64,000 bases of DNA from Paramecium tetraurelia. Lineage: Eukaryota. A model generated the notes under the pieces. That model saw nothing but the letters and a program-made list of their open reading frames with translations, was not told where the DNA came from and searched no databases. The DNA lies in assembly GCA_000165425.1 (NCBI GenBank), contig CT868021.1:186001-250000 (forward strand), read 5' to 3'. The translations under genes and the position numbers were made by a program. Below, piece by piece: positions 51,301-64,000 of the stretch (position 1 is its first letter; each line of letters opens with the position of its first letter).

Positions 51301-54205
51301 GTCAAAATCTTTATAGCATTCGAAATCCAAAAAGAAGGATCCTTTATCGTCATCTTTAACTGGTAAATTGTAATATTTAGAATCTTTCATAATTGGGTCC
51401 GATGAAGTCATTTTGACAGATGCATTAATTATTGGCTTTTTATCAGTGCCGCTTAAAATTGAGTGTAATTTTGTCAACATCCTAACTCTGTCTATTTCAA
51501 TGTCTTCAGTTAGAGTTTCCGATTTCAAACATTTCTCTTCAATTCCTTTCTTTTCATAAGGAGTAAATATTGGATCTTTTTTTGCTTAAATCTCAAATTT
51601 TAATGGATATGCTTAAACAGCTTTAAATTTAAATTCATAGGACCCATCTTTTGCAGATTTTGTTTACAATATGGATTGAGATGTACTTTAGAAATGTCTT
51701 TTCATTAAAATGTACTATTCAAGTAAATGCTTACCTGGATTTTAAATGTAAACATCTTGGGGAGTGATAATTAAAGTAATATCTACACCTTCAACAGTTG
51801 TAATTGTTTTAGTTTTATCACTGACAGTTCCTTTTAATACTATGTCCACTGTATTATAAGTAACTGGAATATTTGTATTGCTAATCCAAGTTGGAGCAGA
51901 TACCTTTGTCTCTACTTTTATGGGTTACACAGGTGAAGCAGCATTACTACCACTACCAGCACCCCCATTAGTCACAACACATGATAATGGTTTATCTGCT
52001 CCTACTAATACTTCAACATCTACTGAATATGATCCATCTTCCTTTGTTGTAGTTTCTAAAACAATTGGTTTCCCATCTTTTCCTTTGCCATCACATGTTA
52101 TGACTAAAGGTAATGGGATAGCTCCTTTACCGTCTACAGGGGCTATCTTACCTGCAATTTTAGCTTTAACATATCTTTAAAATCCAATAATTGGAAAGTT
52201 GAATGTCTACTCCTTATCCATTGTAGGAGTAAATGTCTATAGTACTTCTACTACTTATTTGACATCATTAGTATATTCAATGGTAAATTTATAAGTTGTT
52301 GTTGGAATGACAGTTAATTTTTCAACTTACCAATTACCATTTGCATCGGTAACTAAATTAGCATTTGGCACATCTAATACAGGGTCAGACTTGAATTTAA
52401 GAGCTACTCCTTTCATTGGTTTTTAATCCACATCTATTACTTACCCTTTGATTAAGAGAATTGATGTCTATTTTGACAATGTCATTGAATATTTCAATAA
52501 ATCTTAGTCTTTGCACTCTAAATCTCCTGTTTTATATGTGACAGGCACAAATTAAGGTACTTGAAATACAAAGGTTGCTTAAAACTTTACATCTTCGTAA
52601 CAACTAAACGGATATTCGAATGAACCACTATTTATAAATTCAATTTATTTACTCTGCATTATCGATTATCTCCTTATTATATAGAGTTTTATCAGGCATT
52701 GTTGGATTACTCTCAACAATTTTAACAATTGCATTTTGAACAGGTTTACCACTTGGATCGATGAGTTTATCTTTTATTTTGATATTTTTAATTGTTCTAT
52801 CCAAAACTACATCAAAGGATATCTATAGAGGTTATTTAGAAGACACATTAATTTATCTTGGAGCAGCTACCTTATTCATAAATCCTTTGGCTGTGACTGT
52901 TGCTTTTAATTGCAAATCTTTATTTGCAGGTACATAGATTTCAGCCTTAAATTTACCCTGAGCATCCGTAGTGGCTGATACTGGTTATATGCTGTCTAAA
53001 ATTGTAAACACTATTGTTGCTCCTTGTACAAACTGAACCTACTTTGATGAATCAGTAATTATTCCAGAAATCTAAATATATATATCTATAGTACTTATAG
53101 ATCTCCGGATGCTTCTTATAATATTATTATTCCTAAATCATGAGTGAATTAATCCTTTTTGACATTTAAATCAAACAATTCATCAAATTCTTTACTCTGT
53201 CCAATATATTCATCCTTTGTGATTTACTCCTTCACATGAATCTTATCAGTTGCTTTTAGTGGTAAAGTGAGACTGATCTTTCCATCTGCTCCACTTGCTG
53301 CATTGAGTGATTCTAGTTCTGCATTAGAACCCAAGTTCATTCCTCCTATTTATAATTTAGCTCCTGTCAATGGCTTATTTGTTTGATCTTAAATTAATGC
53401 TGTTAGTATAAACTTGAATTAACCAGGATCCAAATTTATTGTTATCGGTAGTTCATATTTCTTCACACTAGATTAAATATAGCTAAAATAATTACGGAGA
53501 TAATGCAAATTCTTGAGCATTATGGTTCATTTATAAAGAATTCCAATATTCATTTTTTGAGGCGGTGTAGAGAATAATAAAAGCAGGCTTTTGGGAAGGC
53601 AACAAAAATCTGACGTATTCTTCACCTTTTTCATCCGTTGTGGCTTTGAAATTTATTTCCTTAGTTTATTTATCTTCTGAGTAAATGGCTGTGAACTTTA
53701 CAACTACACCAGGGAGAGGTTTGGAGTTTGATTGGGTTTTTAACTGAAATTAAGTTTGATATTTACTATTATTAATCCTCGTTAAAACACATCTTGAACT
53801 TAAACATTTGATTATGTGAATTGTAATTTGCCATTAAAAACAATTGTGCCTTTTGAATCCACAACCCCGTCTATTTTACCTGAAGTTGTAATGTCGTTAA
53901 AAGTAGTTGATGCAATTGCTGTGATTTGATAAGAAGTTTGTTTTGTGATTTTTCCAGTAAAAGTCACAATACCTGCACCATCAGTCATTTGATCTTTCTC
54001 TCCAATAATTGTATTAAGATTCCTAAATTGATAAATAGAAGTACTTAGCATTAACAATCACTCCAGATAAAGCATACCCAGAGGAATCAATTACTTTAAT
54101 TATTACTTAGTAATTGACTTCGTCTAATTCGATTATTTGATTTCCAATATGCTTCGATAACGTGACCAAAGCCAAAAGGAGTACTAATAATAAAGATTTT
54201 AGCAT
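48360..54205 (-). CDS. Giant secreted protein (~1900 aa) of tandem carboxypeptidase-regulatory/transthyretin-like beta-sandwich modules
   Basis: Signal peptide MLKSLLLVLLLALVTLS. Repeated ~100-aa modules I.G.V.D..G.PI.(N/G)..I.L.......T..DG.(Y/F/W). TGA 48360. Confidence 0.85.
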
Positions 54206-54237
54206 ATTTTGAATTTAACAATATAAATTAATTATAA

Positions 54238-54980
54238 ATGTCCACTTCTGCAAACAAATCAAAAGCATTTGCCAAATTCAAAATTGTATTTATTGGCAAT
54301 CAAGCCGTTGGTAAGACATCTATCATCGCCCGATTTGTATATGAACAAATTCCTGAATAGCATCAAGTATCCATCAAATTATGATAATAGCCTACGATTG
54401 GAATCGACTTTCTTTCTAAATGCATTTAAGTTGACAATAAAACAGTGAGATTATAATTATGGGATACTGCGGGATAGGAACGATTTAGATCATTAATTCC
54501 ATCTTATATAAGAGATTCGCATGCAGCTGTCCTATGCTATGATGTTTCAAGTATTATTTTAAAATAAGTTTAAGATGCCTAGTCATTTGCAGACATTAAA
54601 GCATGGCTTGATTATGTAAGAGAAGAAAGAGGTTCTGACGTAGTGGGAGTGCTTATTGCTAATAAAATAGACATCAAAGATAGGTTAAGAATAATTTAAT
54701 TTAAGAGTTGTAACAACACAAGAAGGAGAGAAGCTTGCATAAGAATAAGATTTACTTTACTACGAAGTCTCAGCCAAGGAGGGAACCAATGTCTAATAAA
54801 CCTTTAAAAATCTTGCCTTGAAACTCTTAGGTCCCATTCAAGATGTTGAATAACCAACTACAGAAAGTAAATTATACTCTCAATATAGTTGAATAATCAA
54901 CCAATAATAATAATAACATATAAATAAAACCATAAGACAAGCAAACCCCATAATCAGATTAATAGAAATGTTAATGTTGA
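54238..54980 (+). CDS. RAB6: Rab6-like small GTPase
   Basis: [59 protein letters not shown], C-terminal CQC*. Confidence 0.92.
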
Positions 54981-55072
54981 TAATAAATGAAAAGTATTTA
55001 TTATTTTCATCAATAATCATTATCAGCATTAAAATAATAAGTTAGAAAATAATAATTAAATATATTAGATCA

Positions 55073-56087
55073 TCATGCATAAACTTCAAACATTTGACAC
55101 ACAGTTTGTCGGCAAAGTAAGCATTTCATTTTTTATTCAACCAATAATTTACAGACCTCGCAATAAATATAATGTCCACAAGGAATAGCCACATATCTTC
55201 TTTTCTTTGCGAAGCATATTTAACATTTTTCTCCTTCGCAGATATATTCTTATTTAAATTAATTTTCATTTGTTGATTATTCGGCAGTTTATTTACCCTC
55301 AATGCTATTATCAGTTAACTTAACATCACTTAACTCAGAATCTCCACCAGCTGTGGGAGTTTCAAACTAATTCAAATTCTTCTCCGATTACTGTTATATT
55401 TCTCCAATAAATTATAATGATTATTTTGACTTTCTTTAAGACTATTCATCTTTTATTAAACCAAAATTCTGCATTTCATCAGGTAGCATTGTGGGTGTCT
55501 CAGCTTATGAATCATCATGCTGAATCTTCAATTATTGCAATTTATTAGTCACTCCTTAGTTGTCCTCTTCTGTCTTATCGATCATCATAATTATTTTATT
55601 TTTCTTTTCAACAACTTAACATATGATCTTTGAGGATTCAACTATGAATGATTCATCAGTTGACTTTGTTCTTAATATCAAAAAATGTTCTTCTATTCTA
55701 TTTAGATTCTTTAAATCTTTATGAATTTGCTTTTCATTCTGATTGTGGGCAGGTAAAGGCTAAATAGTAATCATAATATAATACTTCAATCGAATTAATC
55801 ACAACTCTAATGTTATCTAATATCCTCTGTCTTTCTTCTTATGTAAGATTTTATATTCTTCTCTCTTCTTCGTAATTACATATAGCAATCTCGTATTATG
55901 CAATTGTTTCCTTTAGATTTTGTTAAGGCTATGGTTGAGTAGTGAGTTACTGCTTTAGTTTATCTAATTTCAGAATCATACTGTTTATCTTTTCATTCAC
56001 TTTCAAATTACTCTCAAGTTTCTTTATCAAATCACTCACCTTACCTTCTTAACTCTCTCTATATGCTTTATGTTTTTTTTGCTTCAT
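55073..56087 (-). CDS. C-terminal RING-finger (C3HC4) E3 ligase-like protein
   Basis: CQICFAKKRRYVAIPCGHYIYCEVCK.....KCLLCRQ near the C-terminus. ATG 56087. Confidence 0.85.
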
Positions 56088-57964
56088 TATTTTGAAAATG
56101 AAAAACTAATTAATATATTATTTTTCATTAATAATAAATTCTCATTGAGTAAATAATTATTTTATAATAAAAATTATAACTAATTGTTCCCCAAATATTA
56201 ATTTATATTCTTTTCTGTTTTTTAATATAATTCTAATGCTATTAATTTCTCATTCAAGAATCAATTTATTAAAATAATGATATGAGCTTTTGTGTAATCG
56301 ATAGTTCAGCACAACTTCAAAGAATAAAGATTTATGTTTGATTTAAGGGGTATATTCTTTTCAAAATATCCAATGTTGAAGTGAATTTAAATTTAAAATT
56401 AAGCAATGTTTTTGAAAATTAATTTATAATTAAAGAATTAAGATTTTAACATTGCCTAACAAGATATATTCAAAAATTATTGAAAAATTTTAGATTAATA
56501 TTTTGAAAGCAAATATCTTTATAATCTAAAATTCAACCTCAATAAGAAAAATTGAGTGTTATTAAATAATTACTTAGATAAATACCATCAAAATTATATT
56601 ATTGCTTTAAATTTATTGGAAATAAATGAGATAATTTAATTATTCTTCATTAGGTTACTTTTAAACAAGACTATTCTAAATTTTATAGATTTTCAATTAG
56701 ATGTTATTTTCCAGTCTTATATTAAGGTTTTTTTATGCAATTCTATCAACTTTGAGCCTAATATTATGCAAAAAGATCTCATATGTTGATAGTCCAAGTT
56801 AAAAAGTAGGATTAAATATGAGGATGCTCAGAAATCAAGTTTTGATGAAAAGAAACATGAACAAGAATAAATATTATTAGTGCCTAAATCAAGGATTTTT
56901 GGCCGTATTAATGTTTAAAAAGCAATCCAAATCTTTAATGCATAAAATTGTAATTAGATGATTTAGTAGAAAAGTGTTGAAAAATGGAAATCACGTAGAT
57001 TTGCCTCCTTAATTAAACCTAATTAAGCGTTGATATTGCAGATTTAAATCTAATTAAGGATTTAAAATAGTAGGACAGGCTTGAAATTAAAAGAAATAAT
57101 TAACTATTTTTTTGATTTGATCAGTGATGATCATCTTAAATTGTTTTTTTGTATGTAAATTCTATCATTTCATAACAAAGTTATACAATAAATTTAAATT
57201 ATTTTGAGGTAGAATTAAGATTAAATCAACAATGATTATTCATAATATCAATAGGATTTACAGAAAAGAAGAGTGAAAGTAAAATTGTATATTCTCAAAA
57301 AATTAGAATTTTCAAATCAATGTATATATTATTGTTTAATATTCGAAATTAATTATTATTGTAATTTATAAGAATTAAATTCAATCGGGAAGTTTCAGTA
57401 TAATAATTAATTAATTAATGGATTTTTTCATTCTTTGTAATATTTAGAATTGTAGTGTTTAAGTGAACAACCATTAAAATAATTTACTTTGAAGAATAAA
57501 CAATTTGGGAGAATAGAAAATTTAATAAAAGAATTAAATTCTGTGAATGACTGTGTTGGATATCAATAAAAAGTAATTAATTTATTAGCAGAAGCTAGTC
57601 CAGAATATCATATTTGACATTTATTATTAAAAAATTACTATATAGAAAAATATAATAAAGTAAGATGTCTTAATAAGCACATAAGTAATTTAGTTGTCCT
57701 ATCTTAAAATACTTTATATGTGATGAAATTGTCAATTTATTTATTTTGTATTTCTAAAGACAAAATTTGAATATACTCAAGTTCTTCGATTTCAGTGGTA
57801 ACAATATTGATTTGGTATTTTTGGTTTGGATATAACATACTTCCAATACATTTATTTAAATTGTCTTAGTTCTTATTCTTATTTAATACAATATAATAAA
57901 ATATATACATTTGGTATTAGCATATCTTGATATAATATTTAAAAATCGATATTTCATATTAAAA

Positions 57965-60900
57965 ATGAAAACCTCTGATAAACTTCTTGTTTTGATATCT
58001 TGTATTTTCATTCTTGCTAGCCTTCCATAATATTAATGTTGCCCCTATAGCGAATATGAGGAAGCTTTAATTCCTATTGAGTCACCTATTGATTTTAACT
58101 ACTTTGATTCTTTTGTTACTTTGGATGCCGGTTAAACATTTGGTTTTGGTTATTGGAGCCTTTGTGTTCCCTAATAAACTTTTAAGAATATTCCTTAAGT
58201 GGAATAAGAATACATAGCAGCCAATGCTGAATTTGGACAATTATTATTTTTAGTATAGGGAAGTTCTGAGAATTCAGTGATAGGATTCCTAAGAATAGAT
58301 TAGAATACTTTGCGAGTTTACAATACTATAATGATTTTAGGAAGTGACTTTTAAGTTATATAATTTGAGTATTAAACAATGAATTATGAAGGCAGATGGA
58401 TTCTGAGCTTCATAACCTTTGAATTCAGTTCTGGAAACATCATTATTCAAATGACTGATCAAGTCACATAAATTGGGACAATGAATGTAGGATCTGACTT
58501 TATTTCAATATTTTAAGGAGGAAGTGGAAATGTAATATATATATATATACTAATTAGATCATGGGTCTTAATCTTAGCATTTTCAAAGGGAGATTGTCAA
58601 AAGTTTTTGTTAGCAAGGAAGAATATGTTGGTTAGGATTTATTTTAATATATGAATGATAATTGTTAAGTTCCTCTTCCTATGTAAGAGGAGCAAGTAAC
58701 CTACTTTGTAAAAGGCTTGTAAATCTTTGAAGGGGATACCTCTCTCTAGTTTACGATAAATTAGTTTGGAAGTAAGTTCTGTTTATCTGGATGGGTGAAA
58801 TATGATGCATCAAAGGTTGTTGATTTATCTAAATACCCATTGATTAGAATAAGTCTTTTTAAAAATTATTTTGACAGATAAAGCATCGGAGATGAGATAT
58901 TCTTATTGTAAGTGTGGTTTTAGAAGTTACTACCTAGATTTACATAGGTTGTCGTCAATGTAGACAATCATCAAATACCAATAATGGGGCTAATTGATTA
59001 TAATATTTTAGCTGTAGTGTAAGACCTTTTGTTTGATGTCTGGTCAGAATATTATTTTGCAGGATTACAATAGTGGCATTTTATGAAATATGAATATGGT
59101 TCTAAAATACCTGGAAGAAGGAGTGTGTTTTAGATTCAATTCTATAATGAGCTTGGTTTACAGGAGACTTCTCATGACATTTCTGTGCCAACAAATTCTC
59201 CTTATTATGTTTATATAGGATCAGATGAATTTATCAATGAATTATTATAAGCATCGCTCTTCGATTTTAAATTCGAATACAATTATGTTGATGATAAACA
59301 GCTACTTTTCAATGGTAAAATAATTATTCTATTCTAGCCTGTCATTATTCTTGCTCAATATGTGATGGACCACTCGAAAATAATTGTATAAGTTGTGAGG
59401 CTGATTCTAAGAGATTCTATTTGAATGAATAGAAAAAGTGTTAATGTCTACATGGTTACATTGATATTCCAAATTAAAAAGTGTGTTAATCATTTGAATA
59501 TCAATTTTCATCAGTTGTCTAATAAGAAGTGTTAAATCTTGGAGTTTCATAATGTTAATTTGGATATTTTATCTATCCTAATGAAAATGGTTCGAATGAT
59601 TGCATAAAATGGTACATATATTTAAATAAGTATGTAGCCCACAATCTAATTACTAGGACGTTTTATGTGTTGATTGTGTGTATTACCCTTTGACTTGGTA
59701 TTTAAAACCTATTTGTAAATTTGACTTAATCTCTGATAAAGTCACTGGAGATGATGCTTTCAAATATCAAAAAAGAGATTAATTGGATCAGGATTTTTAT
59801 TTGATTAATCAAAATAAAGAGTTATCTCTTTATCCAGGTTACTTGGACTTTTGTGAATTAGAATAGGACCCTATCAATTGTTTTTAAGCAAAAAGTTAAC
59901 ACTTAGGATAAACTATTGATGTTAAATGTAAGCCTAATTACTATTAAACTAATGGAGACTGTACATTCAGTAATGTTAATTGTTTACAAGTATCTCTCAA
60001 TGGAAGTTGTCTTCAAGTCAAAGATGGGATGTATCTACATAATGGATATTACTATTAGTGTCCTTAAAATTGTTTGACATGTAGTTATAATGGTGGAGAT
60101 AACACTTCATAATGTCTATCTTGCATTGATCAATACACATTAGATGATGGTAGTTGTCTTCCTTGTGGTAATTTTTGCGGATTTTGCTAGAAATACTATG
60201 ATGTCAATATTAATAGCTATTATTTAAAATGTTATAGGTGTTTAGATGATTCAAAATATTATCTAACATTTGATGGAATAAGTTGCTAAGTGAATACTAT
60301 ACATCACTGTGACTATGCATTCTAGGCATTATAATCTAACTATCAGGTTAATACACTTGACCTCTATTTTACACCTAGAGATGATTGGGATAATATTATT
60401 ACTACTTGCGGAAGATGCGAAAATGGTTATGGAATTATAATAAATTCTCAGATATGTCTTAGTATGAGAGAAGTGACATGTAATTTTTCGTACGTTGATC
60501 ATATTTGCGACGTTGTCATAGATGATGCAATCTAAGAAGCTTTGTACTATGCTGAGTACTATACAACTCCCAGTGGTGAATAGATAACTATGGGTTTTGA
60601 TGATAGTTACAACATTATCTGTACAACAATACAATATTGTTTGATTAATCAAGTTTAATACGATTATCCGACAGCAGATATAATTTAATTTAGTCAGCAA
60701 TGTCCTTAATATATCGAAAATTGTGCTACTTGTTTAAAGGAGAAGGTATAATGGTGGGCTATTGTTCACATTTGTTTAGAATGTAAGAGTGGATACTATG
60801 CTGAAAGAATATCAGGTAAATGTTATTCGTGTCCACCTGAATTAAATTGTTATAATTGTGCTCAATAGTAAAGATTTTCAAAAGATTACTGGAAGATCAA

Positions 60901-63900
60901 AATCAGAGCTTTCTATTAAAAGTTTATTAATTATGACAATAATCATCCCTTTAAACTCAATTCTCAAAGTGAAGACAAGAATGATTATGAAGTAATTTGT
61001 ACTATGTGCATTAATGGTTATTAACTGGTGAATTAAAAGTGTATCAATGCATGTCCTGACTCATGTTTGGAGTGTAAATACATTAATGGTGAGAACTAAT
61101 GTGTTAGATGTGAATTGGAATAAAAAGGTAGGAGACTAAGTTTATCTAATAACTAATGCATAGCTTGTCCATAAAATTGTGCATTATGTAGAGTTCGATC
61201 ATCCGATGAAATCTCAGCAATTAACCCTCTGTTTAATAATAATAACTACTATACATATACTTATCAGTGTCTAAAGAGCTTTGAAGATTAATAATACTAT
61301 TATGATTAAGAATTGGGAAGTTTTATCTAGTGCACAAATAGTAATAATTGTTAAAAGCAGATTAAAATACCGATTAATTTGTATTGTTCTTAGTAAGATT
61401 ACACATCAGCCTTGGATTCAATGTTGACATCATATTAAAAAACGAAATTTCAATAAGAGAATGTATTTTTAGAAGATCTAATATCTGGAAATAGTTTTAA
61501 ACAAGTAATTACTATTCATATTTATTTTAGTTTGAAACTGACGATTTTTACTTATCAGCCAATTCAATGTTAATTAAGACAATTATTATAAATATCGTTA
61601 GTGTCAAACCATAAACATGTAGAATTCCAGGAAACGCCATAGTTTAACAAGTTTTTAGTACTAATATATTTTCAGCAATGTAAATATTAAACGTATTTTA
61701 GAAACGTTGAACTGAATATCTAATTAAATTATAACACTATCATTGAGTATGAAAGATCAATCACATTCTATAATTTTAATAAAATTACAATCAAAGGTGG
61801 CCACTTCTAACCAATTTATAATAACAAATTAAAATCAATAATATTTTAAAGTAAAATACCGTAAACGATACTCCTTGACACCATTGAATATCAACAATTA
61901 AATTAAGAAAATGATTAATCTAGAATTCTATTTCATGATATCAAGAAGTTAACCCTAATCAATTTCAAAGTATTGGATCTTATGCAAACAAAAAATGCCC
62001 AATTCATCTACATTGCAGAAACTCCTTTTGTCAAATCAATAAAGCTACAATCTTTTTAGATTCTTAATTCTATCCTTCTAAATTAAATCACTTTCTTTTT
62101 TAATCTTAACAAAAATGATATTATTGAAATCGAAGATTTGTAAGTGAATGCAAAATTCACAAATTCAACATTAATAGATACAAGCTTATAAATATAATCT
62201 GGATCTCTTGTAATACAAAATTTCAACCTATAAATAGATATACATGATTGTAATGCTTTTTTAAATTTTTATCTACTAAAAGAAGTCACACTAGAAGGAA
62301 TCTAGTTAAAAAATTCCTTGATTTAGTAGTCTACTCTGATAATTCTAAATAATAATAATAGAATAGATAATCTTGTCATTAAAGATTGTAACTTTAAAGA
62401 ACATAGTTTCGGAGTTGTAAATTCTGAGATGCTTCAATTAAGTAATTTAGAAATCTAGTTATCAAATATTGTCATAGAACATAATGAATATGATCAAACA
62501 ACTAAATTGCTATCATTTAATAAATACAACTATGAAAATTCAAGAATTTAAATTAAGACGATCATGATATCAAAAAATTATGTGCATTCCATTAGCGAGG
62601 ATTTTACATTAAACACCTATAGCTCCTGTTTTATCTATATCTCTTTTCATGATATATAAATCTCAGAGATGGATATAATACGAGGAATTGGATTAATAGA
62701 TATCAGTATTGTTGAGGCTAGTTCATTAAGAATAACCTCTAGCAGAATTACTTAAAATGACGATTATAAATTTCTGGGGCTTCATCAATATCTTGATTGC
62801 TAGTTACAATAGGTGATGGGTGAATATTATTTGCAATCTCTTTTTGTCACTTCTGTTGTTAATTTTGAGATAGATGATTTGCAAATTAAGTTTGCTTAAT
62901 CATACAACTCTCCAATTTTATATTATAAGTCATCTGACAAAGTGAAATAATAACAATTTGAAATAATTCGCTTTTCTAATCTAGTAGTAGAATCAAATTT
63001 ATTATTATTATCAAACTCAAAATATTAAACTGCTATCATCTTTGTTGACTCAGTTTAATAAACTACTATAGAATTATCAAATATTACATTTTTTGGAAAC
63101 ATTTTGCATGAATACGTTTAGAATAATCTTTAAATTTCTTCTTTGCTTTTAAATTTAAATTGTATTTTAGGAGCCATTACTATCAAAAATTCAAATTTCC
63201 TCAAGAATACTGTTTATAATGCAACTGACACCATAATTTATATTAAAAGTCAGAAAATAGTTTTTGAAAATTGCACATTCTATTAGAATAGTTATTTTAA
63301 TTATTAATTAATCTAACCTTATTTATTATGGGGATTTTCAAAATCAGAAATAGTATATTCTGAAGAAATAAACTAAATATTTCAAGTTAAATCAACATCT
63401 GGAGTAGCCTAATTATTGGTCGAAAGTTTGGAAGTACTATTTTGTAATTTTGAGTAATCGGTAGGCTTCTTCGGAGGAGCTATGCAAATTGAAGCTTAAA
63501 AAAATAGCATTATTTCTATTTCACAAACAACATTTAAGAATATCTCTACTCCATTCTCCTAAGATTTAGGGTTTGGAGGAGCTATATATTTAGACAGTAC
63601 TTCAGCTTAATCTCTTCAAGTCTTTATAAATGAAATATCTGTTGAAAACATATTAGTTAAAGAATAAGGAGGTTTCATTTACATTCAATCAGATTGTCCC
63701 TAAGTAAATATCGAATTTTAGCACATAAATATTCATAATGTTTTTTCTAAGCAAGGCTCAATTTTATATGCAATATTCTCTTCTACTTCTTAAATTTAAC
63801 AAATTGTAAAAATTAATTCACTTTTTGTCTAAAACACTGAGGAAGGATTTAAAAGCTACTTAAATAAATATACCCAACCTTCAAAAACAGAAGAAATAAC

Positions 63901-64000
63901 TATTTTAAATAATAGAGCCTTATTTTATATTAATTCAGCAAGCAATGTTGTTTTCTAAAATATCGAAATTGATAATATCTTCTTAGAGTCTGCACTACAA
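57965..64000 (+). CDS. Giant surface/membrane protein: LamG-like N-terminus, furin-like Cys-rich repeats, beta-helix-like region (3' partial)
   Basis: Signal peptide MKTSDKLLVLISCIFILA, FGFGYW / YEGRWI / CLSGWVK motifs, CHYSCSICDGP...CISCE, CPQNCLTC repeats, then N/S/I/F-rich repeats with GGAIY/GGFIY. Runs off the window. Confidence 0.85.

Larger units (their letters stand above)
1..64000. other. Ciliate (Paramecium-like) macronuclear DNA: genetic code 6, tiny 20-30 nt introns
   Basis: Conserved Gln positions are encoded by TAA/TAG (Rab6 WDTAG-TAG-ERF; USP Q-TAA-TAG-DSHE). Genes end in TGA. Frames are restored by removing 20-30 nt GT..AG segments. The 5S rRNA is Paramecium-like. Confidence 0.97.

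Noticed and set aside
51715..51734. 20-nt GTAAG..TAG intron-like segment in the repeat protein
   Set aside because: Splicing it would break the frame, and the unspliced frame is open.
827..60700. Many supplied ORFs with hydrophobic or Ile/Lys/Asn-rich translations (e.g. 5491-5733, 46566-46883, 47303-47671, 37549-37821)
   Set aside because: They are antisense or off-frame shadows of Gln-rich code-6 genes; the track wrongly treats TAA/TAG as stops.
1..64000. CRISPR arrays, transposons, IESs, telomeric repeats, tRNAs
   Set aside because: I saw no spaced repeats, transposase/RT motifs, C4A2/C3A3 tracts or tRNA boxes. IESs cannot be called without germline comparison.

Overview
Gene-dense, very AT-rich eukaryotic DNA from a ciliate macronuclear chromosome, most likely Paramecium. 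Three things support this: TAA/TAG read as Gln with TGA the only stop (code 6), 20-30 nt GT..AG introns, and a Paramecium-type 5S rRNA. The supplied ORF track treats TAA/TAG as stops and ignores introns, so it is fragmented or spurious; I re-translated the genes by eye. About 30 genes are visible: TRRAP/Tra1 (5' part), IFT54 plus a short frameshifted IFT54 paralog ending in CaaX, CNOT11, a USP30-like DUB, casein kinase 1, an OEP61/TPR7-like chaperone receptor, seipin, HSF, an AGC kinase, TMEM135-like, 5'-nucleotidase, 5S rRNA, FAM192A-like, a signal-peptide protein ending KVDL, SEC14/CRAL-TRIO, ABHD17-like, a RIB43A pseudogene, a p62-like PB1-ZZ protein, DIS3L2, a ~1900-aa secreted beta-sandwich repeat protein, Rab6, a RING E3, a giant Cys-rich surface protein (5' part) and several hypotheticals. 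I saw no mobile elements, CRISPR arrays or telomeric repeats. All family calls come from motif recognition by eye, not database searches, and exon boundaries are approximate.
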